DNA from: Podarcis cretensis
Taxonomy: Eukaryota
Reading direction: 5' to 3'
Assembly (NCBI GenBank): GCA_951804945.1
Contig: OX638153.1
Location: forward strand, 42,160,001 to 42,224,000
Length of the DNA stretch: 64,000 nt
Position numbers and translations under genes: made by a program. Numbering within the stretch: the first letter of the stretch is position 1; each line of letters starts with the position of its first letter. A model generated the notes under the pieces. That model searched no databases and had not been told where the DNA came from. It worked only from the letters and a program-made list of their open reading frames with translations. Positions 1 through 13,816 of the stretch are shown in pieces.

Positions 1-194
1 GAGGAAGGAGGGGGATCCTGCCTTTCCCCTATACCAACATCAGCTGTGAGAGGAGAAACAGAACCAGAGATAAGGAGCAGGGCAGAAAAGCAGCCCTTCC
101 TCTTTTGGTATGGACAGTTCCCCTCAAAGTTCTGATCAGGCACGAGCTGGGCTGTCTTCCCATTGAACATGAAGCCCATATCTTAGAGTCTAAT

Positions 195-380
195 CTATGA
201 GCTGGGATGTGCACAGTTCAAACCTCTGCTCTCAGTCATGAACTCAGTGGGCAAAGCTAGTAAGCCACTATTTTATCAGCCCTAGCCACAACCCCCAGCC
301 TGCAAAATGGGCATAATAAAGGCCTCCTGCGCAAGGTTATTGCAAATATCACTGAACAATGTAAGCGAACACTTGAAATG
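195..380 (+). mobile_element. Ancient MIR/CORE-like SINE remnant
   Basis: GTTCAAACC B-box-like motif and CTGCAAAATGGGCATAATAA...AAGGTTATTG core-like motif. Confidence 0.55.
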
Positions 381-2053
381 TGTTACAATCTTCACACCCA
401 CTTCCCTGGCAGAAAGGTCCATTGAATTAAATGAGTCTGAGCTTCTGAGCAGACATAGAGAATTGCACTGTTATCATCCCATCTTGCTCCACCTACAGAG
501 CTGATTCATTACTGGCTTGGATCAGGAGCAGATGAAACATACACTAGGTTGGCAGCACAGATGGAAGTAGCTTGGATGACCAGTTACAGAAGAATACAGG
601 CCAGAGAGCAAGCACAGTTTGCCATCCAAGGGTGAGGAAGGCTTACACCTGCACTTACACGAGTGCTCTCCCCTGCTCTCCTTTGCTTCTGCTCACCCTA
701 GAAGTGTCTGGGAAAACGGTATGTGCTTCAGTTACTTAACTTCAGTGCTCTGGTGTAGACTGTGGCAAAGGTCAGTTTGACCCATGGGTCGCTGGTGAAG
801 TGCAAAAGCACCCTAAGACCAATTGTGTGAGAAATTTGAGGGTTTCTTCATAGTAGATTCCTACTAGAACAATATAAAAACAGTGCTGGGTTTTCTTTCT
901 CACACTGTATAAAGGTCATATTTCATAGCTTATGGCCTCACAGCCATGAAATTACAGCCCTCTCATTACAGCTTCAAGGAATTCCAGCTATAATGGCTAC
1001 CTATCAATCTGTGGTTTGGGATACAAAAGAAACACAGCATTGTGGGCAAAACCACCATTAGCTGGAATGTTCCTTGGAAGTGACGAGTCTCCAGAAAAAC
1101 TTCTTGCTCCTGCACTGATGGAAATATAGAGGCTTGGTCCTTAAACTGCTTCACCCAAGCAAGCGCTATTCATTTCAGAAAGACCTGTGCCAAGGGAGCA
1201 TTTGAGTATAGGGCAGATAGTTAAGAGGCATTAATCTTTTCTGGTCAACAGTGAGAATTGTGCTACAGCCATTTTATACATGTGAATTTAAGCAGCCCAT
1301 GTATAGGCAGGGCAAGAATTTAAGGAAATGTACACTTTATGTTTTCTTCCAATATTGCATGTACACTAAAGAAAATTAAAGCTTACTCTTCTTGTAATAA
1401 TAATTTGCAATAAATTTGTATCACTGCAGAATTGCATTGTAGCAATCAGTTACTGAAATCAAGAAAATGTACGTCCTACTAAATGTCTTTAAGGCTGCAA
1501 CCGAACACTTCTAGCACATACAAAATAATATCTACTTCTCTGAGAAAGACTTGGGGAACTGCCTTTCACCCCTTCCATCCCTCTTTAAAGATGTTATACG
1601 TGCTTCAATTCTTAGGAGAAAAATGTTGTGTTACTAAACCAAGGTTGCATCTGTAGTACGTTACAGTGTACTGACCCAGGATATCATACCAGTGCTGCTC
1701 CCTTCATTGAAGTAGTACAATGCAGTACAATGCAAAGCCACTGATGAGCACATTACTGTGACAGGAGAGAAAGGCAGTTTTATGGAAAACTGAACCTGTG
1801 GCATTCAGAGGTATCTGTTAGTACTATATGGCTGAGCATATGGAGGTCTATCAGCGATATGCAATTCTAGAAAAGGCTAACTTCCTCAATCCATTTCAAC
1901 CTGGACACAGCTCAGGGGTTGTGATGAAACTACTTCAGTTTTGTTTAGGAACAGTCAGGAGAAGTTAGCCTTTGATAGCTGGAATCACTGCTTTATTTCT
2001 ATTCCCAAACGACGGGGCTTTTTCAGCAGTGTTGGGTAATTTCTGTTTTGCTG

Positions 2054-2208
2054 CATAAGAAGCTGCCTCTCTCAGTATTGCCTGCACTACATGGCAGCAT
2101 CTCTCTGGCTTTCAGAAAGGAGGAAGTTCCAGCTCTACCTAGAGATTTGAACCTGGGATCTTTTGCATGCAAAGCAGAGGCTCTGCCCCTGAGCTGTGGC
2201 CCTTTCCC
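2054..2208 (-). mobile_element. tRNA-derived SINE (Squam3-like)
   Basis: Minus strand GGGCCACAGCTCAGGGGCAGAGC...CCCAGGTTCAAATC (A/B boxes); tail GGCAGCTTCTTATG. Confidence 0.75.
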
Positions 2209-3031
2209 AGAAGCAATTAACCTATTCTGTAAAGGTCCATCCATAGCATTTGATATTCACATGAAACACTTAAGCAAAATCACACACTGATGGCATTATA
2301 CAGGTTCTGTTCTTAACCACGCCAGTATAGCTGGAATACAATGCCACCACCCACCTTCCGGATGGAGCAAGGCAGTGGAATCATATTATACTGACTCTTG
2401 CTCAGCTACTCTGGTTGCCAGTTCGCTTCCAAACATGAGCCAATGTACTTGTTGTGACCTATGAATCCCTAAGGAGTTTGAAGAGGCCAAATGACATATA
2501 TGCAGTTCTTGGTGGGGTGGAGTGTATGTCACATATGGTGCAGCCACAGAGTTTGCAATCTGAAGTTGAAGACAGGCATATAGGACTTCCACTTTCTTCC
2601 ATTTTCCCCCAATGAAAACTATTCCCTAAGTGGCTTTTATCACCACTGGGGAAAAGATATCCCCACTTAGGACATCCACTTCAAACTAAGTATTGTCACA
2701 GTATTTGGTAAACGTCCCTGTACTTTATATACTGTGCAGTTCCACCCTTAGGGGGTGCTTTTCCTGCATAACTCCCCCTCTTTTTAGAGATTTATAAATT
2801 GGATTCTCCTGGGCTTGATCATTTGGAGTGGGGTCATACCCCCCAAAGGGTTGCCGCAGCACTTGAAGTTTTGTCTGCAGGGATACCAGGGAGGCTACCA
2901 CGTTATGAAGCTTCAAGCACAAGATTAAACATATTTTATTTTGTCAACCTTCTCAGATCCTGGGTCAGGATTGTTATGCCGGTTGTTATTTGATACACCA
3001 ATCCTGTGCATGGTTGTATCAGTCTTTACAC

Positions 3032-3072
<41 letters not shown>

Positions 3073-3091
3073 CATTCAGCATTGTAGTCTT

Positions 3092-3232
3092 CATGGGCGT
3101 AGCCAAGGGGAGGCAGGGAGGGGCAGCTGCCCCCTCAATCAATAAAAATCAGTAAAAAAATACATAGCTAGCTGAGCTTCTTCCCCCCAACAAAAGACCT
3201 GCCCCCCAACAAAAATCCTGGCTACGCTCATA
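3092..3232. mobile_element. Older hAT-type MITE
   Basis: TIRs CATGGGCGTAGCCA / TGGCTACGCTCATA; degenerate 8-bp TSD GTAGTCTT / ATAGTTTT. Confidence 0.7.
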
Positions 3233-3473
3233 ATAGTTTTTATCTGTTTAATTTTTTCTCATGTGTTATACTGTTACCTTATGCTTTATTTTTGTACAGT
3301 TTTTGGGGGGAAAGTAAGCAATTAACATTTATATTTTAATAGTTCTGTAAGCTGCTTTGAGTGCTATTTTAGGCAGAATCGCAGCAGAGAAAGTTATACT
3401 CCTCACTCACCTTCCTCAACTTAACCTATTTTTAAGACTGTTTTGAGAAGGAAAAACTGGGTGATTCCATGTA

Positions 3474-3715
3474 CAGTGGTACGTCGGGTTAAGTACTTAA
3501 TTCGTTCCGGAGGTCTGTACTCAACCTGAAACTGTTCTTAACCTGAAGCACCACTTTAGCTAATGAGGCCTCCTGCTGCCGCCACGCTGTCAGAGCACGA
3601 TTTCTGTTCTTATCCTGAAGCAAAGTTCTTAACCTGAAGCACTATTTCTGGGTTAGCGGAGTCTGTAACCTGAAGCGTATGTAACCTGAAGTGTATGTAA
3701 CCCGAGGTACCACTG
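3474..3715 (+). mobile_element. Tc1/mariner (Tigger/pogo-like) MITE, copy A
   Basis: TIR CAGTGGTAC(G/C)TCGGGTTA...TAACCCGAGGTACCACTG; TA target duplication; internal TAACCTGAAG repeats; three copies in the window. Confidence 0.9.
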
Positions 3716-4064
3716 TACTCAACAGAGAATGGCTGAAATGCAAATGTAAAAAGTGAAAATAAGTAATAGATTTTTTTTTTAAGTAACATTTCTGGTGCCA
3801 GAGGAGTTATTTTTACTGTTTCAACAAGTGAAAAGGACTGCTAGCCCCATGAGAGTTTCCCTTCTCATCAATGTGCATTGCTCCTTCCATTTTCCCCCAA
3901 TGAAAACTATTCCCTAAGTGGCTTTTATCACCACTGGGGAAAAGATATCCCCACTTAGGACATCCACTTCAAACTAAGTATTGTCACAGTATTTGGTAAA
4001 CGTCCCTGTACTTTATATACTGTGCAGTTCCACCCTTAGGGGGTGCTTTTCCTGCATAACTCCA

Positions 4065-4690
4065 GACATGTCCTTCCATTCACAATATGGATCAGGAGAG
4101 GAGGCAGCTGAGGTGTTAGGCAAGTGTTTGGAGGCAGTGATGGACTGGATGTGGGCCAAGAAACTGAATCCTGAAAAGACGGGTGTGTTATGTGTTCCAA
4201 GTTATCAAATGTGGGAAGAGAGTGTTTTCTGGATAGTGGTTACATTCCCCTGAAAGGAGCAGGGGTTCAGGAGGCCTTGGTAGTTAAGAGTGCCTATTTC
4301 CAGCTATGGCTGGTTCACCAGCTATGATTCCTTTTAGGCAGAGATGACTTAACCATGGTGTTCCACGCTCTAGTTAAACTTCCAGATTGGATTATTGCAA
4401 TCCTGTGTACACGAGGCTGACCTTGACTCAGAACTTGAACTGGTCTAAAATGCAATGGCCAGATTGCCTTTAGAATTCACATAACCCATTTTAAAGCAGC
4501 TGCACCAGATACATGTATGTTTCTGGGCCCAATTTAAGGTGCTCATGCTACCGTTTAAAGCCCTAAAAGACTAAGGCCCCAGATAGCTGCAAAGGCCACC
4601 GCCTCCGTAGAGACCCTGCTTAGTGTTAAGATTTGCATTGGGGGCCCTCTTAGTAGTTCCACTCTCTCAGAAGTTTTGAGGTAGTGCCTC
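4065..4690 (+). mobile_element. Degenerate L2-like LINE fragment (RT C-terminal region)
   Basis: AAEVLGKCLEAVMDWMWAKKLNPEKT resembles the L2 WM..N.L.LNP.KT motif; downstream TCCAGATTGGATTATTGCAAT (SRLDYCN). Confidence 0.8.
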
Positions 4691-5224
4691 TGTGGGATAT
4701 TTACAATGCAGTCAAACCAATGATGTATGTTTGCTAGACAGGCACATGATAGGGGCTGAAGCTCGAAGAGTTTTCCTGTAAGTTTACTAGAGAGAACTCT
4801 GAGAGCCATTGTGCCCTGTTCTCACCTCATTCCAGCAACATGAGAACATATGCTGAGCCTGAGGCCCAGGTCAGACTCTATTTTAAACTGGACTAAAGTA
4901 TGTTGTCGTAACTGGATTCCCATTTTAAGCCTGCCTGAACAAAGCTGCTGTGTCTGTTACTCTTCAACAAGTATTCTGAGTGAGAAAATGCCATTTTTAC
5001 CATTTACAAGATTGTTTATGTGGTTATTGTTTTCAGGGGGGGAATACCAGGAGAATCCAGTCTGCCTTAAAACATCCTGAATGACTTAAACTAAAAGGTT
5101 AAAACTAGCCTTTCTAAGCTTCCCTTCTAAGCTGCAAAGGAATGCACTCTGCTAAACTCACAAACATGAGGAAGGATAATATCTAATAAATATATCCTCC
5201 CCTAGCATCTATACACATCCCTAC

Positions 5225-5490
5225 AGCCACCAGAGAAGGCATTCTCTGTGGTAGCCCCTAAGTTGTGGAATTCCCTTCACACAGGTGTATGTCTGGCAAA
5301 TTCACAAAATAACTTTTGGTGATACTGAAAATGCCCCTTTTACCCTGGGCCTTTGACACCTGAGATGTGTGTTTTCAGAACTCACCCGTTTCCTGTGACT
5401 GTAATCCGTTTTAAATGTTTTTAATTCTGATTTTAATTTGCTGAAAACCACCCTGGGATCTGCTAGTGATAGGTGGGTAATATTAATAGT
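5225..5490 (+). mobile_element. L2-like 3' end, probably the continuation of the 4065 element
   Basis: REKAFSVVAPKLWNSL (L2 C-terminal AFS..AP.LWN.LP motif) followed by a T-rich tail. Confidence 0.7.
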
Positions 5491-7665
5491 ACAACAAATA
5501 CAACAAGCAAACCAATGCACCATTGGGAATAAGCTCTGTGGAATATAGTCCGACTCAGTTGTGAGCAAATAATACTGTAATAATAATAATACTGGACAGG
5601 CTGTAAGGCTTTTCTAAATAATATAGAGATCAATGTTTAAAATTTAACATTCTAAAGTTAACAAAAAAGTTTCTATCGCATTGCAGTTTCTCTTGAAATT
5701 TCCAGATAATTCTGACATAGTGAGCATATTCTGCTAGTAATATTTGAATGCAATACATTAATTTTCTTTCATCATCTGAGCTGTCTCTAGAAGCAGACCA
5801 TAAAACTACCCCACTAGCAAACAAGCCTAGAGCAAACATTTACAGTATTTCCCATACTCATTTTAATTTTTGATACACAAAGAGATCAGATCTTTATTTT
5901 TTGTTATGCCTGACAGAACTCTGTGTCTGCTGGTGAAGTTTGTGTGTCTGTGTGTGTGTGATTTTTGGCTTTCTCTGTCCCTGGTGAGCACTGCTGCCAC
6001 ATTTTAACTTGAACTCATGGTCACCTGATACTTGACCTCTCACCCTGTGACCTCATTTCCAATAGGGCTTTAAGCTGGGGGATTCAAGGCTGTGGCACTA
6101 AGACAGTTACTTAAGGAAAGCAGGCCACTGTTTCAGTCAATGTCCTCTTATATCCCTGACACTTTTCACTAAAATATTTAACCTTCAACACTAGAGGAGA
6201 TGACATTACTTTTATTTTTCTTGGTTTTGAGAGTATGACCTTTTCTGTCATGATTCTTTACTCACTTCTCATCCACCACTGAAGAAGAATCTGTAAAGGT
6301 ATACCCCAAAACAGAAGGAAGCATTTAGTGAACGATTAAAATTAGGGAAACTTAGGAAGATATTTTGCGGTGTTAATCATAGTGTATCTAAAAGGGCTTT
6401 GGGTAGTCTGCCTTCTAACCCTTTCATCTTCTCCACACTTCGACTTGTATGAGATTGTAAGCCTATGGACAGGGTTTGTTTCTCTGTTCACTTTTGCAAA
6501 ATTTCAACGTGCTATTCAAAAAAATATAGTGATTCCAGTTCTAAATCAGGGATAAAGAGCAGTTCAAAATGGCACAGATCCTGTATTGTCTCGCAGCCAT
6601 TAAAAAATGAAACACTATGAAATGTAAACAAAAGTAAGAATTCTCTGCAAAAAAAATAATTCACAGGTGAATGAGAGTATTTGGCCACCGTTATGCACTT
6701 AATTGCACTTCACAATACATTTACAGCCTGCCTTACCAGTAAAGGAGTATCAAGTATCTGTGCTGCCATAAGGAAGACTCCAATTTGGGAGCAGACAAGT
6801 TGCTTCAGGGCTGGTGGAAGAGCAAAAACTGCAAAGGTAAGATGCTGGTACCAGGGGGAAACTCGACTGTTCAGTTCTGTAGTATCCCTGCAGAGTTGGA
6901 GTATGCAGTTTTTTCCATCTCAGCACTGAATGAAGCCGTTCTGACACACTGCAAGGTAGAAGGAAGAATAAGATTAAAGCACAAAGACAGAAAACTGCTG
7001 ATAGAGGGTGAGGCACACGAAAGCGACGAAAAAGGAATGGACAGGTTACCCCATTGACTTCCCCTATGCCGGCTGTATTTGCTGCGTAGACAGAAGTGCT
7101 AACACATGTGAATTTAACCTGATGGTGTCATATTTGTACAATGAGGAATGTCAAGGCTGAAGCCCACTTGGAAGCAGAACCGCCAAGCAGAGCTTAATTT
7201 CTGAAATAAGAAAGTGACTGAGCTCATGCTCTCTGACCTGGAAGTCCTTAACCCAAATTGCAGTTGCGGGGTAGGAGTAATACCAACGGCCGGTGGAGAG
7301 GAAAAGACAGGCACTTTGCGTATGCTGTCTTGCTCTCTCTTCACGTTTCACGACTGAGGTGGGGGGAAAGTTCTGGGTTCAGATTTAGCTTAGCTCCTCA
7401 CCCAATAAGCCCTGTTCCTTCATCTCAATTTGTTTTCACAAGTTACTCGTCTTAGGCTACTCTAGTTTATGAATGATCTCAATAAAAGGTAGAAAACAAA
7501 GTAAAGTCTGTGGACAATATAGCTTTTTAATTTGATTCCCCCCTCCTCTCCCCCTACACACAGACACATATTTTAACCATCATTTTTGCAGATAGCCTCA
7601 GGTGTGTAACCAGTTGCCGTGCTGATTCAAGAATAAGAGGAAAGCAGTCTGTGTACACACTACAG

Positions 7666-7868
7666 CAGAGCTTTCCAAACTTTGTCATGACACGTTAATA
7701 TGTTGGCTGTAGTGTGTAAGTGTGTAGCACGAACACTCCCCATGCTCCTCCCGGGGCAGGAAAGGGGTTAGTTTAACTACCTGTTTGCTAGTAAAACTGA
7801 GTTATTGTGTCATGAAATGATGCCTGTCTAAATGTGTGCCACCAATATGAAAAGTTTGGAAAGCTCTG
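7666..7868. mobile_element. hAT-like MITE
   Basis: 18-bp TIRs CAGAGCTTTCCAAACTTT / AAAGTTTGGAAAGCTCTG; decayed 8-bp TSD CACTACAG / TGCTACAC. Confidence 0.75.
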
Positions 7869-9530
7869 TGCTACACCTTTAAAGTATATTCTTTCCTTCA
7901 AAGAAGTGTGGATGCTGTAGTTGGTTAAGTGTTGCTGAGAACTGCTGGGTGTTGCTTGTGAGAGGTAAACTGCAGAACCCATAATTATTTGAGGGAAAGA
8001 ATGTGCTTTTAATGTTCTGTAAAGGTATGGTATGTACAAAGCCTACCAGTACAGACAAAAAAAAAAGAAAGAAAGTTAAGGGTGTGCACCACAATCAATA
8101 GATTGGGGAGATGAGAACCACATTCAATAACTCGCAGTGTACACTTGACATAGGTATCCAGAGATGCTGTCAACAGCAACATGCTTTGAAGTGTTCAAAG
8201 CACTTCCGTATGATAATTTGGCCCAGGGGGGCGGAGCTGAAACTGAGAAGCAGTCGTTTACTTGGGCAATCTAGTGACTTAATGTTGACTGGTTCTCAGT
8301 CCCTTAGGCTGCTATGCTACATTAGGTCTCCATAGAATACAATTCAACTGCTCCCATCTCTGTCTCTATCTAGAGACTTTTTGCATCTCTAGCTCTGATT
8401 GGTCTTTCAGAAAACAAGATGGCAATACAAGTGACTCTTCTGGAGCAGTTGTGTTTCTTTGGATCAGGGTCATACAAAGAAAACCGCACACTGGGGCTCA
8501 ATAACCTTATCACAATGCCTTTCAACTCTAGCAACGGTTGCATGTATGAGCAAATGTTTTGCAATGGCTTTGGTCATGCAGTCTCTTCTACATCTTTATT
8601 AAGGCTGTATTTAAAAAGAGTATTTAAAAAACTGTCTGATTTTTAACAAGAAAGGGAGGAAGGCTGAAAGTAAGGAACATGAAGGGAAGAAATAAGAATC
8701 TGTGTGTACTGTACTCCTAAATGTACAGAGTTCCCAAAGCTTGTTTCATAGGGGCAAGAAGAAGAGAAGCCAATAAAGTTCAAACAAAACCTTCATGATT
8801 TAAAGTGTTTGAGGATTTTAGTTATGCCAGACAAACAACTAAATTCCTATGGAAATAAATAAATTTTGCCAGCTTCTTCCCAGTGTCTTATCCATTAGTG
8901 GAATCCTATATCCCACACAATGTTTCTACAACCTCTGATCATAGAATGAAATGTTCTTATTTGCTTTTAAAAATAATGATGATTGTGATCATTTGTGTTG
9001 CTGAAACATTCAGTGGAAGCACTTCATAGGCTCTGAGATGTTGATTCCATGAGAGCTGGAACTAAATATATGTTCTACAGAGAAAAAGACTCCATACCTC
9101 TCTACCTTATTTAAGCTGCCAAGCCCACTAATTAATATGCAGAAGCTGTGAGGGCGTATGGCTAGGTTTATCCCAAAAGGATGCTGGTGAACTCATCTCC
9201 CTGCCATTTCAGAAGTAACTCATTAGGGAAGTGGCTTTCAGGCAGGAAGGAACTAGATGAACAACAATGTGGCTTCTGTTTTGCTCTTCAGTTTTGAAGT
9301 AGGACCAACTCAGATTTATTTTATATGATTATCTCCCTTAGATGGGGAGGATAAATGGATAGAGTAGCAGTCAGAGATATCCAAGTGCTCCCTATCCTTT
9401 TTCTCCACTATTTATTTGGCACATTCACCTGGAAGCGTCACCAAACCCTTGCAAAGCATCAGCCATAGGACTCTTGGCTGAGTCAGGAAGATCTTGGAGG
9501 TCGTTTTGCTATCCCATCCAAAAGGACAGA

Positions 9531-9760
9531 GGAGTAGCTCAGAGGAAAGAATGACCATAACTCACACTTTTACCTACAGAAGTCCTCAGGTTCAGTCTTC
9601 AGCACCTCCCGGTAGGGCTAGGAAAAATCCTTGCCTGAACCCTGTAGAGTCACTGGCCAGTCAGTGTACATAGGAAACTGCAGTGTGCACAGAAAACTGC
9701 CACTGTTGGGCAATTGATCCATCTAGCTCACTGTTGTCAATTATGACTGGCAGAGGCTAA
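9531..9760. mobile_element. Degenerate Squam3-like SINE (+) abutting an inverted SINE 3' fragment (-)
   Basis: GTAGCTCAGAGGAAAGA...CAGGTTCAGTC...GGTAGGGCTAGG...GCCAGTCAGTGTA, then CCATCTAGCTCA...GACTGGCAG. Confidence 0.55.
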
Positions 9761-10334
9761 AAGTGGCTCTTGCCCCTTCGTAAGGGAACTACCTACGCAC
9801 ATATATATATATATATATACACACACGCATACATATTTGGTTCTGTCAGGTTAGGTCAATCGCTGTATTCTGTAAGCTGTTTCTCCGCCACCCATGCCAC
9901 CGCCAACGAATTGTTAAAGGCATTATACATCTGATGTAAACTGTTATTGAACATATTGCATAAGGTACTTGAGTATATTGTTATGGACCCATATCTTAAA
10001 TATGTGTCCACTGCAGTTCTGTCCTGGGGGTCTTTACTGGAGATGACTACACACCACAGAGGTTATTGCAATGGACACTGTTGGTTTAAAAATGACAATA
10101 CTGCTTTGCTTACTTGGATGAAGTTCGCAAGAATTGCCCAATTATCATGGAATGATTTTATTTCTCATACAAATATTAACAATTTATGGATTAAATTTTT
10201 GATTCGTTGTTTCTTTTCTTTATTACGTTTGCCCTTTTTTGATAATAAATCAATTTTTAGAAAACCAAATTCATGGAGGGCAAGGCTCTCAATGGCTTCC
10301 ATGCCTGTCAGATGCACAGTGCCACATTGATGGG

Positions 10335-10474
10335 AATGGCAGGTATGCAGAGCCTTGTTGTGCTCATGTACTGCTTACAAGCTTTCCACAGGCATCTGGA
10401 TGGCCAGTGTTAGAACAGGACACAGGGACTTGATGACCCATTGGTCTGATCCAGCAAGCTTGTCTTACGTTCTT
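10335..10474 (+). mobile_element. CR1 3'-end fragment
   Basis: Similar to 54890-55025 (TTTCCACAGGCATCTGG...TGATCCAGCAAGC...CTTACGTTCTT). Confidence 0.7.
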
Positions 10475-11284
10475 TTGTCCCTCGTGGGCACTTTGCAGGA
10501 AATGTAAATTTAGACTTAATCTAATTACCAGAGGAAGATGTTTGATGGAGGATGCCCAGTGTAAACTTTCCTGGAATTAATTAATATCTGACTAAGGGCA
10601 TGGAGATGGATCCTTGAATTAGATATGGCCAAGGTTTCATGGCTTAAGAAGGCATACACTCATATTATTGCTGCCCTACTGAGACTTCCAACCACAGCCA
10701 CTATTGGAGTGGAGGGGGATATTTAGCAGGAACCACTGGGGCTTCCTCTGGTATTGAACCTGATACTACCACAGCTTAGTCTGATTCTTTGCAACACTAA
10801 AACTGAACATCCTGATACTGCTGCACTGGACAACAAAAAATGGTTGATCTCGCATGATTTTGTAGCCAAAAGTCTCTAGTGGAATCCATCATTTACTATT
10901 GTATATTGCAGTGTTCATATGAGCCAGTAGGAATCAGAAGACCATTTCAACAGATATTGTGCAAAAATTCTGCAAAACCAAGTTCCTACACCTGCTTTTC
11001 TCACCATGACAAGAGTTTCCAAATGCCAAACTGGAGGCACATTTCTGGGACAAAAATGGTGACTATTGCACTGTTGTGGTTCTTAGAACAACTTTGTCAC
11101 TATGAAGAGAGGATCATCCATGGAATCAACTGGGCAACATTTATTTCTCCTGTCTGCCTCCATTAAAAATAAGAAAGAAAATATTCCACCTTTATGCCAA
11201 TGACCTACAACTCTTTACACGAACTATCTTCTTCTTCTCTTGCCCCAGTCTCTACTCTGCTTCTCATCAGATAAGTGCCCATTA

Positions 11285-11499
11285 CAGTGGTACCTCAGGT
11301 TGCAGACACTTCAGGTTACAGACTCCACTTACCCAGAAATAGTACCTCGGGTTAAGAACTTTGCTTCAGAATGAGAACAGAAATCGTGCGGTGGCAGCGG
11401 GAGGCCCCATTAGCTAAAGTGGTACCTCAGATTAAGAACAGTTTCAGGTTAAGAATGGACCTCTGGAACGAATTAAGTTCTTAACCCGAGGTACCACTG
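11285..11499 (-). mobile_element. Tc1/mariner MITE, copy B (opposite orientation)
   Basis: TA-CAGTGGTACCTC...GAGGTACCACTG-TA; reverse complement of copy A. Confidence 0.9.
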
Positions 11500-13726
11500 T
11501 ATCTAAAATATAATTCCACTAAAACTGAGCTTCTGGTTTTCTTATTGCTGCAACATCACCTTTTCTTGTTCTTGATCATGCTAGTGTTTGCAGACTTATC
11601 AAGGCCGGAATTGTGTCTTCTTCTAACTCTTCCTTTCCTCTTCCTCCACTCTTCCAGGTCTTGTTATTTTCAGTTGTTTAATATAGACCTTAATTCGTTA
11701 TTTTCTTTCTGCAGGCTTTGCCAGCATTTTAGCCCATTCTCTCATTTATTCTCATTGACTATTACAACCTTGTACTTCATCTTTCAACATCTGTTATTAA
11801 ATAACTTCCCTCTCCTGCGTGCTGCCGTTCATTTGATATATTCTACTTGTGGCTCAGTTTGCATTACTCGGTTTCACTGTTCTCATCACCAGTGTCCTCT
11901 CACTCTCTCCTTGATTTCAAATCAAGACGCCTGTGAACATTTTCAAATGTCTTACTGGTTTTGCTCTTCTGTAACTATTTTGTTTTCTTTCTCTGTTCCT
12001 CCTCAGGATCTTAGACCTACCTACAGATATCAGCCTTAAACCTAAAACTGCCCTCTTTATTCCTTTGTCTACACACACACACACACACACACACGTGTGT
12101 ATTATTTATTTTCCATTTAATTATATACATTCACATCATCATTACCCACTTTACCGTCTCTTTAGAGCCTATCAACATCCTTCCCTCCTGCCTCATGGCT
12201 ATCAAAATTCACCTTTATATCATTGCATATAATGTCCTTTGTTCCCATCTCTCTGCAATTCCTGCCTTACATAGTGCTCTCTTCTTCTGGCTCTGTGTTC
12301 GAACCCCTCCTTTAAAAAAACCATCATTTCACCCCTTTACTTCCCTCCACAATGTGTCTTGTCTCTACATTAGATTGTAAATCTGTGCACAGGTTTTAAT
12401 TAACCTGGCAAATTTTAGGTGTATCGTAAGTTATTGTTCTGTCACAGCTGTTGTTGTTGTTTTGTTGCTTATTATTATTTGCAGAACAAGCTAAACTGGA
12501 ACATGATGAAATCAGACTGCAATGGTCCTTTTCCTGTTATACCAAATTTTCACCTGTCTTAATGGCTGGTGAAAGAGAATGCCTACCATTTCAATGCACC
12601 TGTTCCTCTCCTCCCATCTCTCTGGGTCTAATAGGTTCCCCTCCTTAAAAGCAAAGTCAATGAGTGTCATAGAAAGACATATACCCCTTTATTGTCACAT
12701 GGTAGGTCTAATTAGAATCACTGTGGGGAGAGGTGGCTAAACCTGTTCCAGATTAACCTGGATGTTTGGAAGAAGCAAGATTTGGCCGCCTCTCTATAGT
12801 CTTGCTGACTCTATCTGCAGCTTGGGCACATTATAACACAGACCCAAATGGAGTCCACTACTGTAAGCACAACCCCACCTTTTTATCTAAAAGGTCCTAC
12901 TCTAGGTCTCATTTCTTTGTCACATCAGAGTGTGACAAAGAGACAGAACCCAGGAGCATGTGGGTGTTCATCACCCCCATATTTTCAGCTAATACATATC
13001 AGTCTTGTAGCACTAGGTTTCAAACAGCCTCAACTTCAATGTTTCCATAACTACATACCACATATTATATAAATTTCACATATACCAGAGCAGAAATTAA
13101 GGTGGTCATGAAGAGAAAACCGTTCCAAAACAATAGTCTTATTAAAAAGGATTTTAAAACAATATGAGTCAATAAGGCTTCTTCCTGTGTACTGCAAGAT
13201 TGATGGTACTTCCTTTTTCCCAGTAACTAATGCTAATTTATGATTTTATCAGTTTTCTTAATTTTGTTAGCAATCCCCTGCCCACTTACTTAGATGTTCT
13301 ACTGAACACATTGTAACTTCTGAAAATCACTGGCTTGGGTTGAACCGCATGTCAGAAAGGCTGGCGTATCCTCTTGGATAAAGGAAAGGTGGAGATGGTT
13401 CTTTTCGTCTCAGCCTGAGGTGGATAATTCTGAAAAACAAACATGAAGCTTGGATTATGTAAGTTATATTAGGAACTATGCCTATTTCTCCTAAAAGGCC
13501 CACCCTCAGGCACCCATACTTCAGCATGAAGACCTAACACCCTGGGCTCTCTCTCAGTCCCTGAACCAGAAAAGGGAGAATTCACACCTACACAAAGACA
13601 GACTCTCTTGCCCTAACACACTCTCCAAGTTAAATTAATTGCACTGTCTCTCAGATCAGCTGACTCTTCAGCTGGGTGGGTAGGTTTTTTTTATTGCTTT
13701 CTGATGAACTCCTACTACCTTTGAAA

Positions 13727-13816
13727 CAGTGTGATTCTATACATGTCTACTCAGAAGTAAGTCCCACTATACTCAGTGAGATTTATTCCCAAGTAAATGA
13801 GTTCAGGACTGCAGCC
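13727..13816. mobile_element. ~90-bp palindromic MITE (PIF/Harbinger-like)
   Basis: CTACTCAGAAGTAAGTCCCA...TTATTCCCAAGTAA...AGGACTGCAGCC; related copies at ~14890, 44663, 47610, 52774. Confidence 0.6.

Larger units (their letters stand above)
2596..4063 (+). repeat. Exact 180-bp direct duplication (2596-2775 = 3884-4063)
   Basis: Base-by-base comparison found no mismatch. Confidence 0.95.

Noticed and set aside
2054-2208. tRNA gene
   Set aside because: The A/B-box-like head is degenerate and continues into a SINE body and tail.
3525-3705. Regularly spaced TAACCTGAAG repeats resembling a CRISPR-like array
   Set aside because: They are sub-terminal repeats inside a Tc1-type MITE in a eukaryotic genome.
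11545-12039. 164-aa hydrophobic ORF
   Set aside because: Non-ATG start, pyrimidine-rich composition, no recognisable motif; the opposite strand has stops in the frames I checked.
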